From positions 125,192 to 189,191 of the forward strand of contig JBBRND010000004.1 in assembly GCA_038230515.1 (NCBI GenBank): a stretch of DNA of 64,000 nucleotides, read 5' to 3'. A program made the translations under genes and the position numbers. Under the pieces are notes generated by a model. The model searched no databases. It saw only the letters and a list, made by a program, of their open reading frames with translations, and was not told the DNA's origin. Positions 58,409 to 64,000 of this stretch are shown here, piece by piece; the first letter of the stretch is position 1; each line of letters opens with the position of its first letter. This DNA is from Bacteroidia bacterium (lineage in GTDB: Bacteria; Bacteroidota; Bacteroidia; AKYH767-A; 2013-40CM-41-45).

Positions 58409-61400
58409 TTAATAAGCAAGGACGCTTCCTAACCACCTTTCTACTTCTTCCACTTTCATGTTTTTTCTTTTTGCATAATCTTCCACCTGGTCCTTTTCTA
58501 ATTTGCCAACTGAGAAATAATTTGCATCAGGATGTGCAAAGTATAAACCGCTGACCGCAGCAGTAGGATACATGGCGAGACTTTCGGTAAGCGTGATGCC
58601 GGTGTTTTTTTCTACATCCAATAATTTCCACAACGTGGTTTTCTCCGTGTGATCGGGTTGCGCAGGATAACCCGGAGCAGGGCGAATCCCCTGGTATTTT
58701 TCTTTGATGACTTCTTCATTGGAAAGATTTTCGTCCTTGGCATAACCCCAGATTTCAGTGCGTACTTTTTTGTGCATCAGTTCTGCAAAGGCTTCGGCTA
58801 ATCTATCTGCTAATGCTTTCAGCATGATAGAAGAATAATCGTCATGATCCTTTTCAAATTTTTCAATCCATTTTTCAATTCCGAAACCTGTGCTCAAAGC
58901 AAATGCTCCAACGAAATCATTTTCCGATTTTAAAAAATCAGCGAGTGCTGTATTTTTATGTCCATCAGGTTTTTGAGTTTGCTGCCTAATAGAATGAAAA
59001 GACGCAATCTTATTTTTAGCAGTCTCATCATAAACTTCAATATCATCTTTCAAAGAATTGGCAGGAAAAATTCCAATCACTGCTTTTGCAGTCAGCCACT
59101 TTTCTTTGATGATGCGTTGCAACATTGCCTGCGCCTCATCAAATAATTTCTGAGCTTCCTTTCCTCTAATAGGGTCCTTTAGAATTTTTGGATAGCTGCC
59201 TTTCATTTCCCATGAAATGAAAAAAGGAGTCCAGTCAATGTATTCGGCTATCTCTTTTAAATCATAATCTTCAAAAACTTTTGTTCCGAGAAATTCCGGT
59301 TTGGAAACAACAGTAGCGTTCAATTCAAATTTATTCTCTCTTGCTTTCCCTATCGTGATGTAATTAGATTTTGCACGGTCTGCTTTATGGTATCCGCGTG
59401 TTCGTTCATTTTCTTCACGCACTTCCTTAATATAATTTTCTCTCAAATCCTTTGAAAGTAAATTACTCACAACAGGTACGCTTCGCGAAGCATCGTTTAC
59501 GTGCACTACAGGATGCGCATAATGAGGTTCAATCTTTACAGCAGTGTGAACTTTACTCGTAGTTGCTCCACCAATCAATAATGGAATGGTAAAACCTTCG
59601 CGTGTCATTTCTTTTGCAACGTGAACCATTTCATCGAGAGATGGAGTAATCAATCCACTCAAACCAATAATATCAACCTGCTCTTCCTTTGCTTTGGCAA
59701 GAATCTTTTCAGCAGAGACCATCACCCCCAAATCAACAATATCATATCCATTGCAAGCCATCACAACTCCGACAATATTTTTTCCGATGTCGTGTACATC
59801 ACCTTTCACTGTTGCCAATAAGACTTTTCCGTTTTTAGACCCAACCACTTTATCTTTTTCTAAATACGGTTCTAAATACGCAACAGCCTTTTTCATCACG
59901 CGTGCACTCTTTACCACTTGCGGCAGAAACATTTTTCCTGCACCGAATAAATCACCGACCACATTCATTCCGACCATCAGCGGTCCTTCAATAATGTGAA
60001 GCGGTTTTTCATATTTGTTTCGCGCCTCTTCAATATCCACTTCGATGTAATCGGTGATACCTTTTACAAGGGAGTGAGAAATACGTTCTTCAACAGTTCC
60101 TTTTCTCCACTCCTCATCCTTCACATCTTTTTCTTTTCCCGCACCTCTAACTTTTTCGGCATGATTAATTAATCGTTCGGTTGCGTCATCTCTTCTATCC
60201 AACAAAACATCTTCAACCAGCTCCAGTAATTCTTTTTCAATTTCATCATATACGATTAATTGTCCTGGGTTTACAATGCCCATATCCATTCCATGTTTTA
60301 CAGCATGATATAAAAACGCTGCATGAATAGCTTCGCGTACATGGTCGTTGCCGCGAAACGAAAAAGAAACATTGCTTATACCACCCGAAACTTTTGCAAA
60401 AGGAAGATTTTCTTTAATCCATTTTGTTGCAAGAAAAAAATCCAAAGCATTTTTACGATGCTCATCCATTCCTGTTGCAACAGGAAAAATATTTGGGTCG
60501 AAAATAATATCCTGCGGTGCGAAGTGAACTTGATTGACAAGAATATCATAAGCACGTTTGCAGATTTCTATTCTGCGTCCTAACGAATCTGCTTGCCCTT
60601 GTTCATCAAACGCCATTACTATAACCGCAGCACCATACTTCTTTACAATCTTAGCCTGACGGATGAATTCTTCTTCGCCACCTTTCATTGAAATGGAATT
60701 TACAATTGATTTCCCCTGTGTGCATTTCAGTCCCGCTTCAATTGCTTCAAACTTTGAAGAGTCAATCATTATGGGAACTTTTGAAATGTCGGGCTCGCTT
60801 GCAATAAGGTTTAAATATTTTGTCATTGCATAATTTGCATCCAACATTCCTTCGTCCATGTTAATGTCAATGGCCTGCGCACCGCCTTCCACCTGGTCGC
60901 GGGCAACACTTAATGCTTCATCGTATTTATCTTCTTTAATTAAGCGAAGAAATTTTTTAGAACCGGTAACATTTGTCCGCTCACCCACATTCATAAAATT
61001 TGAATCAGGACGATACGTCACTGCTTCCAATCCACTCAATCGCAAATATTTTTCTATTGTCGGAATTTTTCTTGGCTGAGTTTTGCGAGCGTGTTCTGCA
61101 ATGTGTTTGATATGTTCAGGAGTTGTGCCGCAACATCCGCCAACAATATTGATGAAACCACATTGTAAAAAATCATCAATTTGCACACACATTTGCGCAG
61201 GTGTTTCATCATACTCACCAAACTGATTTGGCAAACCTGCATTGGGATAACACGAAACAAAGAAAGGTGCTTTCTCACTCAACTCTTCCAGATAAGGACG
61301 CATATCTTTCGCGCCAAGCGCACAATTTAAACCGACACTCAACAGATCAACATGCGAAACTGAATTTAAAAATGCTTCAACAGTTTGCCCTGATAAAGTA

Positions 61401-62041
61401 CGACCGCTTGCATCTGTTATCGTTCCCGAAATCATAACGGGCAACGAAATATTTTTTTCTTCAAACACAGTTTGCACTGCGAACAATGCAGCTTTTGAAT
61501 TGAGTGTATCAAAAATTGTTTCAATCAGAATTAAATCTACACCACCGTCAATCAATCCGCTGGTCTGTTCTATGTATGCATCAACCACTTCATCAAAAGT
61601 AACAGCACGAAAACCGGGATCACTGACTTTGGGAGATAAACTTAATGTTCTGTTTGTAGGTCCTAATGCTCCCGCAACATATTTTGGAGTTGAACTTTTA
61701 AAATTCTTAACAGCATCCTTTGCAATTTTTGCTGATTCAAAATTTAATTCATACGCCAACTCCTCCATGTGATAATCAGCAAGAGAAATTTTTTGGGCGT
61801 TGAACGTATTGGTCTCAATGATATCAGCACCTGCATTCAAGTATTCCAAATGAATTGCTTTTATGATTTCTGGTTTGGTCAATGACAACAAATCATTGTT
61901 TCCTTTCAAATCACTCTTCCAATCTTTGAAACGTTCACCACGGTAATCTGCTTCAGTCAATTTGTATTGCTGAATCATGGTGCCCATTGCACCGTCAATT
62001 ACTAGAATTCTTTTCTCTAATTCTTTTTTTATGTCACTCAT
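58409..62041 (-). CDS. metH: Cobalamin-dependent methionine synthase
   Basis: [55 protein letters not shown]. Confidence 0.98.
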   Translation of the reverse strand: MSDIKKELEKRILVIDGAMGTMIQQYKLTEADYRGERFKDWKSDLKGNNDLLSLTKPEIIKAIHLEYLNAGADIIETNTFNAQKISLADYHMEELAYELNFESAKIAKDAVKNFKSSTPKYVAGALGPTNRTLSLSPKVSDPGFRAVTFDEVVDAYIEQTSGLIDGGVDLILIETIFDTLNSKAALFAVQTVFEEKNISLPVMISGTITDASGRTLSGQTVEAFLNSVSHVDLLSVGLNCALGAKDMRPYLEELSEKAPFFVSCYPNAGLPNQFGEYDETPAQMCVQIDDFLQCGFINIVGGCCGTTPEHIKHIAEHARKTQPRKIPTIEKYLRLSGLEAVTYRPDSNFMNVGERTNVTGSKKFLRLIKEDKYDEALSVARDQVEGGAQAIDINMDEGMLDANYAMTKYLNLIASEPDISKVPIMIDSSKFEAIEAGLKCTQGKSIVNSISMKGGEEEFIRQAKIVKKYGAAVIVMAFDEQGQADSLGRRIEICKRAYDILVNQVHFAPQDIIFDPNIFPVATGMDEHRKNALDFFLATKWIKENLPFAKVSGGISNVSFSFRGNDHVREAIHAAFLYHAVKHGMDMGIVNPGQLIVYDEIEKELLELVEDVLLDRRDDATERLINHAEKVRGAGKEKDVKDEEWRKGTVEERISHSLVKGITDYIEVDIEEARNKYEKPLHIIEGPLMVGMNVVGDLFGAGKMFLPQVVKSARVMKKAVAYLEPYLEKDKVVGSKNGKVLLATVKGDVHDIGKNIVGVVMACNGYDIVDLGVMVSAEKILAKAKEEQVDIIGLSGLITPSLDEMVHVAKEMTREGFTIPLLIGGATTSKVHTAVKIEPHYAHPVVHVNDASRSVPVVSNLLSKDLRENYIKEVREENERTRGYHKADRAKSNYITIGKARENKFELNATVVSKPEFLGTKVFEDYDLKEIAEYIDWTPFFISWEMKGSYPKILKDPIRGKEAQKLFDEAQAMLQRIIKEKWLTAKAVIGIFPANSLKDDIEVYDETAKNKIASFHSIRQQTQKPDGHKNTALADFLKSENDFVGAFALSTGFGIEKWIEKFEKDHDDYSSIMLKALADRLAEAFAELMHKKVRTEIWGYAKDENLSNEEVIKEKYQGIRPAPGYPAQPDHTEKTTLWKLLDVEKNTGITLTESLAMYPTAAVSGLYFAHPDANYFSVGKLEKDQVEDYAKRKNMKVEEVERWLGSVLAY

Positions 62042-62047
62042 AAATAT

Positions 62048-62725
62048 TTAATTTTTAATCGCCCTTATCATCTCTCTTTTCCCTTTCGAACCGGATAAAG
62101 TTTCAACATCAAATCCAACTGCTTTCAAGGTACGTTTTACGTCTCCCTTTGCACAGTACGTAACAAGCATTGCATTGTTCTTACATACATCATAAATTTT
62201 ATGAAGCACTTCAAATGTCCACAATTCGGGCTGGTGAACGGGAGAAAATGCGTCATAGTAAACCAAGTCGAATGCTCCATCAAGTTGAAGTTCGAGCATA
62301 TCTGCCTGAATTTTATACAAAACAAAATTCTCAAACGAAATATTCTCAAACCATTTGGATGAATGCATTTTCTCAAATACCGGTTGAAGCGGTTTCCCGA
62401 AGTATTCAAAATAATTCAACTTGTCCGTGACAGTTGAAGGCAATGGAAATGCCTCCACTGTTGTGTAATGAATATGTTTGCGCAAAATCTGGTTTTCACG
62501 ATAGGTGAGAATTGCATTTAATCCTGTTCCAAAACCCATTTCAAGAAGGGAAATCTCAGGCAGGTTCTTATTCAGTGCGTCCAGCCCGTTGCGGATAAAT
62601 ACATGCATACTTTCCTGCATCGAGCCGTGCAATGAACGGTAATGTTCATTCAAACGGTTGCTGATAAGGGTATGTATCCCTTCTTTTGTTTCTACAATTT
62701 CTAAAACTTCTTTTTCAGTTCTCAT
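62048..62725 (-). CDS. mnmD: tRNA mnm5s2U34 methyltransferase (MnmC N-terminal / MnmD type)
   Basis: EHYRS.HG...ES.HVFI, LEMGFGTGLN, YYDAFSP..QPELW, TYCAKG, KREM. Confidence 0.88.
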   Translation of the reverse strand: MRTEKEVLEIVETKEGIHTLISNRLNEHYRSLHGSMQESMHVFIRNGLDALNKNLPEISLLEMGFGTGLNAILTYRENQILRKHIHYTTVEAFPLPSTVTDKLNYFEYFGKPLQPVFEKMHSSKWFENISFENFVLYKIQADMLELQLDGAFDLVYYDAFSPVHQPELWTFEVLHKIYDVCKNNAMLVTYCAKGDVKRTLKAVGFDVETLSGSKGKREMIRAIKN

Positions 62726-62742
62726 TGTTTCTATTTTTTGGT

Positions 62743-62778
62743 CAAAAAAAAATCTCCTCCGTAAGCCGAAAGAGATTT
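62743..62778 (-). terminator. Riboswitch expression-platform terminator
   Basis: Minus strand AAATCTC-TTTCGGCTTACGGAG-GAGATTT followed by a T-run. Confidence 0.7.
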
Positions 62779-62810
62779 ATTGTAACTGAATTTTTTAGAA
62801 TCTGTTTTCG

Positions 62811-62929
62811 ACTTATCTATCTCCGCATTGAAGCGGGGCAAGAATTGGCACCTTTTCTCTCCGATTAGCTCGGAGAAAGAGGTTGTCAAGGTTTCCAAGG
62901 GCTTTATCCCTCCACCTTTCTTGATAAGT
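62811..62929 (-). ncRNA. SAM-I riboswitch
   Basis: Minus strand ACTTATCAAGAAAGGTGGAGGGA...GCCC...GAAACCTTGACAACC...AAGGTGCCAATTC...GATAAGT. P1 is ACTTATC/GATAAGT; lies upstream of metH; TACATTTG -7 box at 62949-62956. Confidence 0.93.
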
Positions 62930-62984
62930 TTTTTTAAAGAACGCGGTGCAAATGTAACAACAATATTTTACATCAAAAATTTTC

Positions 62985-64000
62985 TCATACATTCTTTTCT
63001 GAAAGCAACTTGCGAAGGTTCGGGCGCAGGCGGCTTTTGTAAACAGAATGCGCATCATGCTTCACTTTTCCTTTGCGGAGTTTTATCTGCTCTTCAAGAG
63101 GGAGAGAAAATATCTCAACACACTTCGGGGTGCAGCATCCTTTCATTTTTTCAGAACAATCATCGCACTGTATAAACAGAAGATGGCAATCATCGTTCGA
63201 ACAATTTACATGGCGGTTGCTTGGCTTGCTACACTGATGACACACGCTGATGATTTCCTCCGTTATCCTCTCCCCCATCCTGTCATCAAACACAAAATTC
63301 TTCCCTACAAATTTTGTTTCCAGTCCGTCCGCCTTTACCTGACGTGCATAATCAATAATACCTCCGTACAACTGGTTTACATCTTCAAATCCGTTATGGC
63401 GTAAGTATGCGCTTGCTTTCTCGCAGCGAATGCCGCCTGTGCAATACAGCAAAATCTTTTTATCCTTTTTATCTTTGAGCAAATCAACAACCATGGGGAG
63501 TTCCTGTTTGAAAGTATCTGCATCAGGAAGAAGGGCTTCTTTAAAATGCCCGACTTCACTTTCATAATGATTACGCATGTCAACTACAATCGACTCAGGA
63601 CTTTTCATTGCATCATTCCACTCCCTCGCAGAAAGATGATTGCCTACGTTCGTAACATCAAAAGTATCGTCACTTAATCCATCCGCCACAATCTTATTTT
63701 TAATGCGCACAATCAGTTTGTAGAACGATTTGCCATCATCTTCCACAGCAATTTTAAATTCTACGTTTGCAAACTGAACATACGTATCAATAAGCGTTCT
63801 GAACTTTTCAAAATTAAACTCAGGCACTGACAACTGTGCGTTAATACCCTCCGCAGCAATGTATATTCTGCCTAAAACATTCAATTCCTGAAACCTGAGA
63901 TACAACTCATCACGAAGTTCTTCCGTGTTTTCAAGCAATACGTAACGGTAAAACGAAAGCGTCACGCGCTTGAAATTTTCAGCTAAAAGGTGCTTGCGGA
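62985..64000 (-). CDS. trhO: Rhodanese-domain tRNA uridine(34) hydroxylase, 5' end outside window
   Basis: [46 protein letters not shown]. Confidence 0.92.
   Translation of the reverse strand, partial: RKHLLAENFKRVTLSFYRYVLLENTEELRDELYLRFQELNVLGRIYIAAEGINAQLSVPEFNFEKFRTLIDTYVQFANVEFKIAVEDDGKSFYKLIVRIKNKIVADGLSDDTFDVTNVGNHLSAREWNDAMKSPESIVVDMRNHYESEVGHFKEALLPDADTFKQELPMVVDLLKDKKDKKILLYCTGGIRCEKASAYLRHNGFEDVNQLYGGIIDYARQVKADGLETKFVGKNFVFDDRMGERITEEIISVCHQCSKPSNRHVNCSNDDCHLLFIQCDDCSEKMKGCCTPKCVEIFSLPLEEQIKLRKGKVKHDAHSVYKSRLRPNLRKLLSEKNV

Noticed and set aside
58100-62041. Apparent AT-richer composition of the ydeI 3' end and metH
   Set aside because: Not quantifiable by eye, partly due to Lys-rich coding, and no mobility signature was seen.
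62813-63175. Short ORFs overlapping the metH leader
   Set aside because: They overlap the SAM-I riboswitch and the trhO 3' end and show no protein motifs.

Overview
Chromosomal window from a Bacteroidota genome, judged from TAnnTTTG-type promoters, T9SS cargo genes, TssD and DUF3467. It is mostly housekeeping: mfd, aconitase, ispD, queA, truB, rpsF-rpsR-rplI, xth, recG, ndk, recF, rnhB, a SAM-I riboswitch ahead of mnmD-metH, and trhO. It also holds an AT-rich ABC-transporter (Wzm/Wzt) polysaccharide locus (10572-26974) with several methyltransferases, fdtA/fdtB, two pseudogenes and an IS1595-family element. The most unusual signal is three intergenic tandem arrays (7117-7368, 34348-34635, 44566-44722). 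They are unrelated in sequence but share one design: a 21-bp period, each unit a palindrome plus a short variable spacer. One array lies directly upstream of an uncharacterised 229-aa gene that is bracketed by direct repeats of a REP-like element. Other notable items are an orphan tssD with three same-loop hairpins in its 3' region, REP-like halves in frame in a T9SS C-terminal domain, a C11 tract and a duplicated promoter at a glycan methyltransferase, and a candidate structured RNA near 36.6 kb. All calls come from reading the sequence by eye; no searches were run.
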